From: Verrucomicrobia bacterium UBA3624
Lineage (GTDB): Bacteria; Verrucomicrobiota; Kiritimatiellia; RFP12; UBA1067
Length of the DNA: 64,000 nt
Direction of reading: 5' to 3'
Assembly (NCBI GenBank): GCA_002373695.1
Contig: DFLH01000076.1
Location: forward strand, 10,035-74,034
Below, piece after piece: positions 1 to 7,992 of the stretch. Both the position numbers and the translations under genes were made by a program. Every line of letters begins with the position of its first letter. Position 1 is the stretch's first letter. The notes below the pieces were generated by a model. That model made no database searches. It had not been told where the DNA came from and was given only the letters and a program-made list of their open reading frames with translations.

Positions 1-270
1 AAACACGAAAGGAGATGCGCCCATCGGACGCATCCACCGTATCGTAGCCCTTGCAGATGAATTTTGCGGTTTCACTCTGGCCACCATGCGACGAACGCAA
101 TGTTGCTGAATTGTCTGGCGGGCAGTGTAGCAAAACGGCCTTGCGTGTGCAAGCCGTTCGGGCGAACCATTTACCGGCGTAAACGATTCACCCCTGTCCG
201 TCATCTTTTCCAACAACATCACATCTCCTTCCGTGAAAGGTCATGTCTGTCCACTAGCAATCTCCGTGCC

Positions 271-307
271 AAGGCGAAAACAGGCCGGAAACACCTCGTT
301 TCCGGCC
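271..307 (-). terminator. Intrinsic terminator downstream of the minus-strand ATPase gene: perfect hairpin GGCCGGAAAC-acctc-GTTTCCGGCC (283-307), followed on the minus strand by TGTTTTCGCC
   Basis: Perfect 10-bp stem read directly; U-rich tract on the minus strand. On the plus strand a T-run (TTAATTTTTT) follows about 10 nt later, so it may act bidirectionally. Confidence 0.6.
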
Positions 308-369
308 TCGCCTTGCTTAATTTTTTAGCAGATGGTCAGTTTGTGAACATTCACGCGGTTAGGACGCCG

Positions 370-1707
370 CTAGTCCCTCAGAACATTGTCCAAAATCGTA
401 GCATCAAGCAAAAACGGTATGACGCCAACATAGATGATTCCCTCTTCCGAGGTACGAGGAGCCGAATATCCGGAAGTCACCACCATCTTTCTGAAGAAGT
501 CGCCGCTCCGCCTAAGCGGCAGCGACTCCTGACTCTCCTTTTCCTGGATAGGCATCGAAAACGCGCTCTGTATGTAAAGCTTTCCCGGCGCGCGATTGAC
601 CACGAAATCAATTTCGTGGTAGCGAAGCTCCTGACGTCCTTCCGAATTGACGGTCACAACGGGAACCACACCGACATCGACCGTGCAGCCGCGACGCACA
701 AGCTCGTTGTAGATTACGTTCTCCATTGCGTGCGACGGATCGACGTCGCGGAAGTCCAGCCTCGCATTCCTGAGGCCGATGTCCTCTGCGTAGTACTTCA
801 TCGGATAATCAAAGTAACGCTTGCCTTTCACATCCCACCGTTTTGCCTCCGAGAACAAAAACGCATCTTCCAAATAGGAGAGGTACTTGGCGATTGTGGC
901 ATCCGAGGTCTCGACCTTCAACGCGGATCGCAGCGTATCGACCAGCTTGTGGGGATTGGTAAGAGAGCCTGTTGCCGATGAAACAACATCTATGAGACGC
1001 GCCAAGACATAGTCGTCGCGCAAGCGGTATCGCCTGCGTATGTCGTTTATGTACACCTCGGCATAAAGGTTCCTGAGGTATTCCGCCCTCAAACGCTCAT
1101 CGGTCTCTGCGACGGCAAGCGGCATCCCGCCCCAGATGAGATATTTGTCAAACGCCGCAAGCTTGTCCTCTGGCTTGATTGCATCGCAGTACTCGGCAAA
1201 GGAGAACGGATGCATTCGAATCTGAGAGCTACGGTCTGCGAAATTCGTGTCGATGTCGCTCGACAAGGTCTTCGAGTTTGAACCTGTCACATAGACATCG
1301 ACATTTTGCAGCTGCCTGAGTCCGTTCAACGTGTCATAGAACGTAACGTAAGCGCTTTCACGATCCTCAGGAGCAATGCGTTTCAAGTCCACACCCTTGG
1401 GCAGGATTTTACGCGCCAACTGTATCTCATCTATGAAAACATAGTTCCATTTGCCGTCATTAACGAGACGCGAACGCACATAGTCACCCAAGGCTATTGC
1501 ATCACGATAGTCACGGAATTCGTCTTTGTCGAGCGGCACTTCAACGATATGATTTTCCTCCACACCCTCACCAAGCAGATATTCCTTGAAAAGGACGGAA
1601 AGAAGATAGGACTTGCCCGAACGCCTGATGCCCGTAATGATCTTGACCAAACCATTGTGCATCCTGTGCCGTAAAGCCTCAAGATATTGTTTTCGCTGTA
1701 CTCTCAT
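370..1707 (-). CDS. AAA+ ATPase of the AAA_14 + DUF4143 family
   Basis: P-loop GIRRSGKSYLL near the N-terminus, 445 aa, and the characteristic DUF4143 C-terminal region. A strong RBS GGAGGAAG precedes the ATG. A paralog lies at 37086-38366. Confidence 0.8.
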   Translation of the reverse strand: MRVQRKQYLEALRHRMHNGLVKIITGIRRSGKSYLLSVLFKEYLLGEGVEENHIVEVPLDKDEFRDYRDAIALGDYVRSRLVNDGKWNYVFIDEIQLARKILPKGVDLKRIAPEDRESAYVTFYDTLNGLRQLQNVDVYVTGSNSKTLSSDIDTNFADRSSQIRMHPFSFAEYCDAIKPEDKLAAFDKYLIWGGMPLAVAETDERLRAEYLRNLYAEVYINDIRRRYRLRDDYVLARLIDVVSSATGSLTNPHKLVDTLRSALKVETSDATIAKYLSYLEDAFLFSEAKRWDVKGKRYFDYPMKYYAEDIGLRNARLDFRDVDPSHAMENVIYNELVRRGCTVDVGVVPVVTVNSEGRQELRYHEIDFVVNRAPGKLYIQSAFSMPIQEKESQESLPLRRSGDFFRKMVVTSGYSAPRTSEEGIIYVGVIPFLLDATILDNVLRD

Positions 1708-1728
1708 TCGTTAAACTTCCTCCATTTG

Positions 1729-1798
1729 TTGAGTAAGTTTGAAGCGAATTATACCACAACATGGCCTAACACGTCAATCAGGCTTAAAACTTACTCAA
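1729..1798 (-). promoter_or_regulatory. Sigma70-type promoter of the DUF4143 ATPase gene (minus strand: -35 TTGACG at 1772-1777, 18-nt spacer, extended -10 TGGTATAAT at 1748-1756), bracketed by a perfect 12-bp inverted repeat TTGAGTAAGTTT (1729-1740) / AAACTTACTCAA (1787-1798)
   Basis: Consensus-like hexamers at the correct spacing upstream of the ATG at 1707. The palindrome arms flank the core promoter, which is an operator-like arrangement. Confidence 0.55.
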
Positions 1799-2001
1799 TA
1801 ATGCGAGCAAGTTTTAAGTCTTAGTCCTTTTTATGCCACTGGGTCGCCACAGTGTTCGCGCCGCCCGCGCGGCCTCTTACGACCTTGCTTCGCAAGGTTC
1901 CTCGTTACACTCGTCTGGCAACCCGACGCCTTCGGCGCGGGCGAATTTTCGCGGTAGCGTCGCCAGTTCAAAGGCGATGCCCCCGCCCTGTTCGTCGCGC
2001 C

Positions 2002-2727
2002 TCAGCACGACCTTGAGTCTATGATTCTTTTCCAAAATGGCCTGACGAGATGGACTGATCCGATCCACCTGTTCCACTTGATCTTGCATGTCAGCCTGTT
2101 GTCCCCGAGCAGCTTGACCATGTGGCTGACGCGTTCCCACGAGCGCGGAGACGGCCAACCTCGTTCGAGATTCTCGCCCTCTTGGTTGAACAGGCACGTT
2201 GGGCGGAACCGGATGAACCCTGCCACAGACGGATGGATGTCGTGTGCCGAAGCCCATGCAATCCAGCTCTCGACGTCATCCACCATCTCGACGTGGAGAA
2301 ATCTGTTCGCAAGCGCCGACGACATCGTCGCCGCGACAGCCCGGTCCTGCGTCCTGTTCCCTGCTGCACAGATGTACCAGCCGTCCGGCACCCTGTACAG
2401 TTCGCCAAGCCTCCGGTCGAGAATGAATTCGTAGGCCGCAACCTGCAACGACCTGTCGGCCGCCGTGATTTCATCGAAGAGTATTATGCCGCGCGACTTC
2501 GGATCTCGCGGCCATTCGCTTGCGACAAGCCACTTCACGCCGTCTTCGCCCGGAACCGGCAGCCCCCGGATGTCCACCGGCTCGCGTTGCGCGAGGCGGA
2601 CATCAATAAACCCAATACCCCTCTCGGCGGCGACGTCGCGCAGGATGCTCGACTTCCCGAGGCCCGTCGCACCCCACACCATAAGCGGCGGCAGGGCCTT
2701 TGCGAGTGACCGGATCGACGCCCTCAA
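2002..2727 (-). CDS. Short MoxR/AAA_5-like ATPase; its N-terminus may be disrupted by a frameshift against ORF 2603-2932
   Basis: Walker A GATGLGKSS, Walker B ILFDEI, and the AAA_5-like segment AAGNRTQDRAVAATMSSALANRF. The upstream ORF 2603-2932 sits in another frame and is protein-like for about 80 aa, then degenerates into an Arg-rich run. Confidence 0.55.
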   Translation of the reverse strand: MRASIRSLAKALPPLMVWGATGLGKSSILRDVAAERGIGFIDVRLAQREPVDIRGLPVPGEDGVKWLVASEWPRDPKSRGIILFDEITAADRSLQVAAYEFILDRRLGELYRVPDGWYICAAGNRTQDRAVAATMSSALANRFLHVEMVDDVESWIAWASAHDIHPSVAGFIRFRPTCLFNQEGENLERGWPSPRSWERVSHMVKLLGDNRLTCKIKWNRWIGSVHLVRPFWKRIIDSRSC

Positions 2728-3043
2728 GGCAGACCTCCGCCGCGAACTCGGGCGCGACGGGCATTGAACTGAGCCAGACGGTTCGCACTCCCTTGGTCTT
2801 GAGATCCATCAACGTCGAGATTGTCTGCGCTATGTTCTTCTTGAGCCCTACACCCAAGACGAAGACCGTCTTGTAGTTAGGCGCTCGATCCTTCAGGGCA
2901 CCCACCAGCGCATCCATCGATACACCGGCCACGTCGGTCGGCCTTCCACTTTAACGCTTCCAGCGCCGCAGCCGCAGCCGTCATGGCAAGCGACTTCAGC
3001 GCCGAGGACGCCGTTCCTTTTATCTCGTATTGCCATTGTCTTC

Positions 3044-4768
3044 TTATGCTCCACTTAAGAATGAAAGGATCGAGCGGCGGAATGCGCTCTCACGCGAGGC
3101 GGCGGCGCGGCGCTTGAAGAGGTCGGACGGCGTGCCGCGCTCGCTTAGGCACATATTGCTCGTCCGCTGAACAGGCAGATACTCCGTCCAATGCACTGGC
3201 ACATCGTGCCAATTGCCGTCGCCGCCGTACACCTCTTCGTAATCGATCCGCTCCACCCCGCGATAACCGTAGGCCGTCACCGCAATCGTGCTTTCGCCAC
3301 TCTCCCGCTGGATCACGTGTGTCTTCAGGATGCTGCGGGTGATGCAGCTCGGATGCTCGAACTTGTCCTCTCCGTGGTAGTTGGCGACGGCCTCATGCTC
3401 CCAGAAGGACGATGCTTTGCGTCCAAGAACGCCTTTCCATATGTCCTCGTGCGTCCGCATCTGCTGGTAGAGCGGGATCGCAAGCAGCGGCGCCATTACA
3501 AAGTAGGCGTCCTTGAAGTACCTCTCGTTGAACTGGACGAAAAAGGAGAACGCAGAATCGTAGTCCCAGTTGTGGAATCGCGAAGGATCTGTGTCGATGG
3601 TCGCCTCGTCAAGGTGCTGCGAGAACAGCACGTTTATCTTCTTCTGCTTGATGAAGGTGAAATCGTCACCGTAGCCAACCGTCGTGTCCTTCATCAGATT
3701 CAGCATCTGCGTCTGCGCAATCGGCGTGAACAGCAGGCGGAACTCGACCTCGTGGTCTCGGTCTTTCGCATGGAACCAAGTCTCGAACTCGTGGTTGCTC
3801 ATCAGAGTGAAGTTGGAGTCGTCGGTCAAGTCGCGTGAATACGCCTTCAATCGGCTCAAGCGCCACTTCTTGCGGATCGAGCTCCAGAGTTCTCCGTCCT
3901 TCCCGGTCAGTCCGGATGGCTGGCGCGAAAACGAAAGATTGGGTGCGGCGTCGTTCCCGTATATGAGGAGCTTCTGTTCGCTGTACACGGGTATCGGCTT
4001 TGTAACATGGGCGTGTAGCGTCTCGTATCGCGTGACGCGATGCCGTTTCCCGTCGGCGTCTTCTTCCCACTCCGTCCATGAGATTTCCTTTGTGCCCTCG
4101 TATGTCTTTTCGCCCCATTCCATGTCGAGGTAGTGCCCGAACACAAATGGATTCCCGTTTATGACGCCGGACTGCGCGAAGATTATGGACTTGCCGTCGT
4201 TAAAGGAATCGTCCCACCCGAACTGCCTGTGCAAGGATGCGAGCCTGTCCGCCGTGAAATACGGATCGAATTCCAGACGAGGCACCGTCGCCTCTATCAA
4301 CTTGACGGTCACATCCCAGGTGTAGAGTCGGTTCAGCGGCTCCATCTGCTTCCATGCGATTCCTTTCTTCGCGGCAATCTGCGATTCGAGACTGGCGAGA
4401 AGTTCCGCCACCGCGTTGAAGAGAGGAATCATGACGATTCCCAGAACAAGTCCAACGACTATGCCGAGGATGCACAGTCCCTGCGTCTCGGAGTCAGTGC
4501 CGTTCGCGGCTATCGCGCCTATGAGCGCAGCCACCGCGCCGACGAAGCCGACGGCCATCAGGCAACCATAGCATGTCTTCTTGGTGCTTGCCGAATCGGC
4601 CAGCTCCCGCAATTTCTTGATTTGGGCTACGAGCGCACGATTCGCCCTGACGTCAATGCCAGAGCGTTTCGTAAGTTCCTTGAACTTCTCACGCGTCAGC
4701 GTGGCGAACTTCTGGCGGAATTCGTCACGATAACGCGCGAGCGGCTCATATACATCCTCAATCAAAAG
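3044..4768 (-). CDS. Large membrane protein of unknown function translationally coupled to LemA: about 70-aa cytoplasmic N-terminus, two TM helices, and an uncharacterised C-terminal domain of about 400 aa
   Basis: The ORF 3044-5032 overlaps LemA in another frame. The likely real start is the TTG at about 4766-4768, overlapping the LemA stop (..TTTTGATTGAGG..). Hydrophobic segments CYGCLMAVGFVGAVAALIGAIAA and LCILGIVVGLVLGIVMIPLF. No recognisable catalytic motif. Confidence 0.55.
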   Translation of the reverse strand, partial: LLIEDVYEPLARYRDEFRQKFATLTREKFKELTKRSGIDVRANRALVAQIKKLRELADSASTKKTCYGCLMAVGFVGAVAALIGAIAANGTDSETQGLCILGIVVGLVLGIVMIPLFNAVAELLASLESQIAAKKGIAWKQMEPLNRLYTWDVTVKLIEATVPRLEFDPYFTADRLASLHRQFGWDDSFNDGKSIIFAQSGVINGNPFVFGHYLDMEWGEKTYEGTKEISWTEWEEDADGKRHRVTRYETLHAHVTKPIPVYSEQKLLIYGNDAAPNLSFSRQPSGLTGKDGELWSSIRKKWRLSRLKAYSRDLTDDSNFTLMSNHEFETWFHAKDRDHEVEFRLLFTPIAQTQMLNLMKDTTVGYGDDFTFIKQKKINVLFSQHLDEATIDTDPSRFHNWDYDSAFSFFVQFNERYFKDAYFVMAPLLAIPLYQQMRTHEDIWKGVLGRKASSFWEHEAVANYHGEDKFEHPSCITRSILKTHVIQRESGESTIAVTAYGYRGVERIDYEEVYGGDGNWHDVPVHWTEYLPVQRTSNMCLSERGTPSDLFKRRAAASRESAFRRSILSFLSGA

Positions 4769-5424
4769 AAGGTTCCCCTCGCCTGTGCCTTGATTTCGGC
4801 GGATGCGGTAAACGGTATGCGCGTCGTGTAGCCGGCGCGTGCGGCGACAATCTGCTTCGTCGGCCAGTCGAAGATGTCCGCGTTCCACTGCATGACGGAG
4901 TCGTTGTACAGCTGGCGAGCGGCGGTGATCTCCTTCTGGAGATAGCTGTTCTGCTGAATGGCCTCTGCGATTGCGGCGTGCGCCTTGAGGTCGGGGTACG
5001 CCTCGACCTGCGGGAAGAGACGCCCGAAGCATCCGTCGATCTGGTTGGCGACGGCGTTCCGGTCGCCGTCGGCCAGGCGCCCGCCACGGAACGCGGCGAC
5101 GGCCTTCATGACGTCCTTGTCGAGGTCGATTGCCTTTTCGACGAGCTTGGCCAGGTTCTTCAGGATCTGAACCCGCTGCTCAAGGTAGTTGTCGATGGTC
5201 GATGCGTCCGCCTGAATCTTCTGCTGAAGCTGCTGGAAGTAGTTCTTGGCGCCGATCTTCATGAAAAGGAAGATCAGTCCCGGAACTATGCCGAGGCACC
5301 ACAGCACGATCTCGAACAGCGTCGATCCCCAGCCGACTCGCGCCGGGAGCTGCTTTTCGATCACGTTTATGTCGCGCCCCGCACCGTTTACGGGGCCGGT
5401 CATTTCGTCCAGTTCATTAGCCAT
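4762..5424 (-). CDS. lemA: LemA family protein
   Basis: N-terminal TM helix followed by NYLEQRVQILKNLAKLVEKAIDLDKDVMKAVAAFRGG, typical of the LemA family; 220 aa. Confidence 0.8.
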   Translation of the reverse strand: MANELDEMTGPVNGAGRDINVIEKQLPARVGWGSTLFEIVLWCLGIVPGLIFLFMKIGAKNYFQQLQQKIQADASTIDNYLEQRVQILKNLAKLVEKAIDLDKDVMKAVAAFRGGRLADGDRNAVANQIDGCFGRLFPQVEAYPDLKAHAAIAEAIQQNSYLQKEITAARQLYNDSVMQWNADIFDWPTKQIVAARAGYTTRIPFTASAEIKAQARGTFF

Positions 5425-5500
5425 TTTTGTGTTCCTTTCTTTTGTTGGTTGTGTTGCATGGTCGCGATATGGGCGTGTGATTCACGGGAAATTCCATCGG

Positions 5501-5923
5501 TCAGGTCGAGGCGGTGAATGCGAGTGGGTGCAGTGCGTGGAGAGAGACGTAAACACCGTCGCCGAGAACAAGGTGGTCGAGAAATCTTATCTCCGCAATC
5601 TTGGCGAGGGCGACGAGACGCTCGGTGAACTTGAGGTCGGCTTTGCTGGGCTTGGGGTCGCGGTCGGGATGGGTCTTGTTCCAGTCCTTGATGCGCTCCT
5701 CCAGCGTGCGCCAGTCGCCGGAGACGAGCGATTTCATGGAGCCGAACGCCTCGATGAGGCGGCGCGAGAGTTCGATGACGTTCAGCCCGTGCGCCCCCGT
5801 CTTTAGGAGAACGGCGACAAGAGCCTCGTCCGGGACGAGCGCAGGGTCTGCGGCCCGTTCCATCAGCTCGCGCGGCATCAGTTCGCCGCCGCGCTTGTCG
5901 AAGTTGTTCTTCCCGGTCATCAT
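5501..5923 (-). CDS. Degenerate RadC-family (UPF0758) protein: the HhH N-domain and the C-terminal strand of the JAB fold are present, but the JAMM core (E..HNHPSG) is deleted in frame
   Basis: N-terminal HhH segment LNVIELSRRLIEAFGSMKSL. C-terminal HPDRDPKPSKADLKFTERLVALAKIAEIRFLDHLVLGDGVYVSL aligns to RadC HNHPSGDPxPSxxDixlTrrL...gIrvlDHiiig, but about 100 aa between them are missing. The real start is MMTGKNN; the upstream Arg-rich extension is a frame artefact. Confidence 0.55.
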   Translation of the reverse strand: MMTGKNNFDKRGGELMPRELMERAADPALVPDEALVAVLLKTGAHGLNVIELSRRLIEAFGSMKSLVSGDWRTLEERIKDWNKTHPDRDPKPSKADLKFTERLVALAKIAEIRFLDHLVLGDGVYVSLHALHPLAFTAST

Positions 5924-5927
5924 CTGT

Positions 5928-6326
5928 TCAGGAAATAACTTCGGTGTCTGGAAGACGGCGGAACGACTTCTCGCACGACAGCGTGACCTGCCCCTTTGAC
6001 GCATAGCCCGACACAAGCATTCGGTCAACGAACCCCGGGCTGGCCTTGTGGATATTCGGCGTTTTGATCGCCGCCATGAAATCAGGGGAGAAAGAAATCC
6101 CTTCGCCGCTCGAAAACGCCATCAACGCGGCCAGCGATTCCTCCTTCGTCTTACCGTAATGGTGTTGCAGGGCATAGTACGTCTCTGCCGCGACAACATC
6201 GCTTACCGCAAAGTCGTCGCCATTGGCCATCCCCTGCTGATAGCGCGCAAGCGCGTGCGCGGCGAGTTCCGGAGGCTCGCCCGTCAGAAGCCGCAGGACA
6301 ACCGAAGTGTCAAGTCCGAAGGTCAT
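5928..6326 (-). CDS. vapC: PIN-domain toxin (VapC-like)
   Basis: MTFGLDTSVVLRLLTGEP N-terminus typical of PIN domains; 132 aa; directly downstream of a small RHH-type antitoxin gene. Confidence 0.75.
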   Translation of the reverse strand: MTFGLDTSVVLRLLTGEPPELAAHALARYQQGMANGDDFAVSDVVAAETYYALQHHYGKTKEESLAALMAFSSGEGISFSPDFMAAIKTPNIHKASPGFVDRMLVSGYASKGQVTLSCEKSFRRLPDTEVIS

Positions 6327-6329
6327 GGT

Positions 6330-6605
6330 TCATTCCCCATGATGATGTGCGATGCTCTCGCGGACTGAGTCCATGTCGTGCGGGAGCGACTTGTCCACCT
6401 TGACGCTTCCGAACCACGACGGCTTCGCCGTCCGCCTGCGGCGAGTCGCCCCCCGACGTTCCTCCGGCTGCGAATCGCCCAGCCATTGCGAATAAAGGAC
6501 GAGCGTGATCGAACGGACCGTCCGCCCTTCCTCCGCAGACCGTGCCTTGATGCGCCGATACATCGCATCAGGTATATCCAATGTTGTTCTCATGACAACC
6601 AGCAT
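6330..6605 (-). CDS. vapB: Type II antitoxin (VapB-like, ribbon-helix-helix)
   Basis: MRTTLDIPDAMYRRIKARSAEEGRTVRSI is a typical antitoxin RHH N-terminus; 4-bp gap to the PIN gene. Confidence 0.7.
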   Translation of the reverse strand: MLVVMRTTLDIPDAMYRRIKARSAEEGRTVRSITLVLYSQWLGDSQPEERRGATRRRRTAKPSWFGSVKVDKSLPHDMDSVRESIAHHHGE

Positions 6606-6655
6606 ATCATATCAGCACACATTCCACAATATGGATTTATTGATTTATGTATAAG

Positions 6656-7621
6656 TCATCCTATTGCAGCGAGATAATCCGATAATCGTTGACGTTCCCG
6701 TTCGGCGAATATGGCGAGCATGGACAAGAGGTCGCCATCTTTGTGGTAGGAGGTGAAGGCATCATAGTAGGCCCGGCGGTTTTCGTATTTGATGCTGACC
6801 GGCAGATACCCCGAACGCATCAGAATGAAGTTCGCCAGCAGGCGGCCCGTCCTGCCGTTGCCGTCGATGAAAGGATGAATGGCCTCGAAGCGGATGTGGA
6901 ACTCCGTTGCGGCAACGAGGGGATGATGTCGCGTCGAGAGTAAATCGCGCACCCACTCCTCCATCATCGGCGCGACCATGTAGGGTTGCGGCGGCGTGTG
7001 AACCGCTCCCGTTATGATGACGGGGATGCGACGATAGACGCCTCTATCCATCGGCTTGTCCGCAAGGACGAGCGCATGAAGTTGCCGGACGAACGATTCG
7101 CTGACGGCTTCGCCGGACTTGACGAAATCCTCAAGAAAGCAGAACGCATCCCTGTGTCCGGTCGCTTCAAGATGATCCTTGAGTGGCTTCTCGCCGATTG
7201 TCATCCCGGCAAGCACCATCGCCGTTTCGCTGAGCGTGAGCGTATTCCCCTCGATGGCGTTGGACGAATAGGTATAATCGACAAGGAATGCGTTGCGCAA
7301 CTGTTCGCGCTCGCCGTCTGTGAGCGGGCGCTTGGCGGCAAGCCGATCCTTGAGTGCGTCAATCTCCTCGATGACTCCGCGCATGGCAGACGGAATGCCC
7401 AATCTGCGCATCGTCCTGCCATCACGCGGTTTCTCGGCGGAAACAGGAATCTTCCAGAGTTTTCCGCTGCGTATCGCGCCGGGAATCTGCCCGTTTTCGC
7501 ACAGAACGCGCACCCGCCGGTCGGATATTCCCCACCGGCTCGCAGTCTCCTCGCTTGAGAGATAGACTATTCCGTCTTCATTCATGCCGCACATAATATC
7601 ACGTTTTCGGAATAATAGCAA
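6656..7621 (-). CDS. fic: Fic-family protein with an N-terminal excisionase/MerR-like HTH domain
   Basis: Canonical Fic motif HPFIDGNGRTGR. N-terminal HTH LSSEETASRWGISDRRVRVLCENGQIP. The alternative start MNEDG at about 7585 is plausible. Confidence 0.85.
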   Translation of the reverse strand: MLLFRKRDIMCGMNEDGIVYLSSEETASRWGISDRRVRVLCENGQIPGAIRSGKLWKIPVSAEKPRDGRTMRRLGIPSAMRGVIEEIDALKDRLAAKRPLTDGEREQLRNAFLVDYTYSSNAIEGNTLTLSETAMVLAGMTIGEKPLKDHLEATGHRDAFCFLEDFVKSGEAVSESFVRQLHALVLADKPMDRGVYRRIPVIITGAVHTPPQPYMVAPMMEEWVRDLLSTRHHPLVAATEFHIRFEAIHPFIDGNGRTGRLLANFILMRSGYLPVSIKYENRRAYYDAFTSYHKDGDLLSMLAIFAERERQRLSDYLAAIG

Positions 7622-7992
7622 TGGAAGGATTTGGCATTATTGCAACTATATCATTCCGAAATGGAGCTAACAATCCATAGGGCGGCCTATGAGAAGTTCG
7701 GAAGCGGATTTTTATCTCACGCAGAGGCGCAGAGGCGCGGAGAGGGATGGCGCACGTCTTCACGCGCCGTAACGGGAGGGCCGACCTCCGTGTCGGCCGT
7801 TAATGTACTACAATACGATGGTGTTTGTGGCCTAATGTGGCATGTGACAGAACGCTCTGCCGTATCTTCAAGGCGGAATGCGAAAGCCTCGTCAGCCGAG
7901 CATTAACAAGCTCCTGCGCGAACAGTTACGTGAGGCACATCCAGTGCCCGTGTAACAGTGCCTTGCCGGCATAATACTCTCTTGCGGTAGCG

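Noticed and set aside
64-981. 305-aa ORF on the plus strand
   Set aside because: Entirely antisense to the well-supported DUF4143 ATPase gene (370-1707); Arg/His-rich, composition-driven ORF typical of high-GC DNA.
3044-5032. Full 662-aa extent of the ORF downstream of LemA
   Set aside because: The first 88 codons overlap the LemA coding sequence in another frame and are Arg-rich. A TTG overlapping the LemA stop gives a sensible start, so the gene was trimmed to 3044-4768.
7631-7906. 91-aa ORF between fic and hipA
   Set aside because: No RBS. It lies in the promoter/operator region of the divergent-end fic gene, which contains an imperfect palindrome (TTTCGGAATAATAGCAAT ... ATTATTGCAACTATATCATTCCGAAA) more consistent with regulatory DNA.
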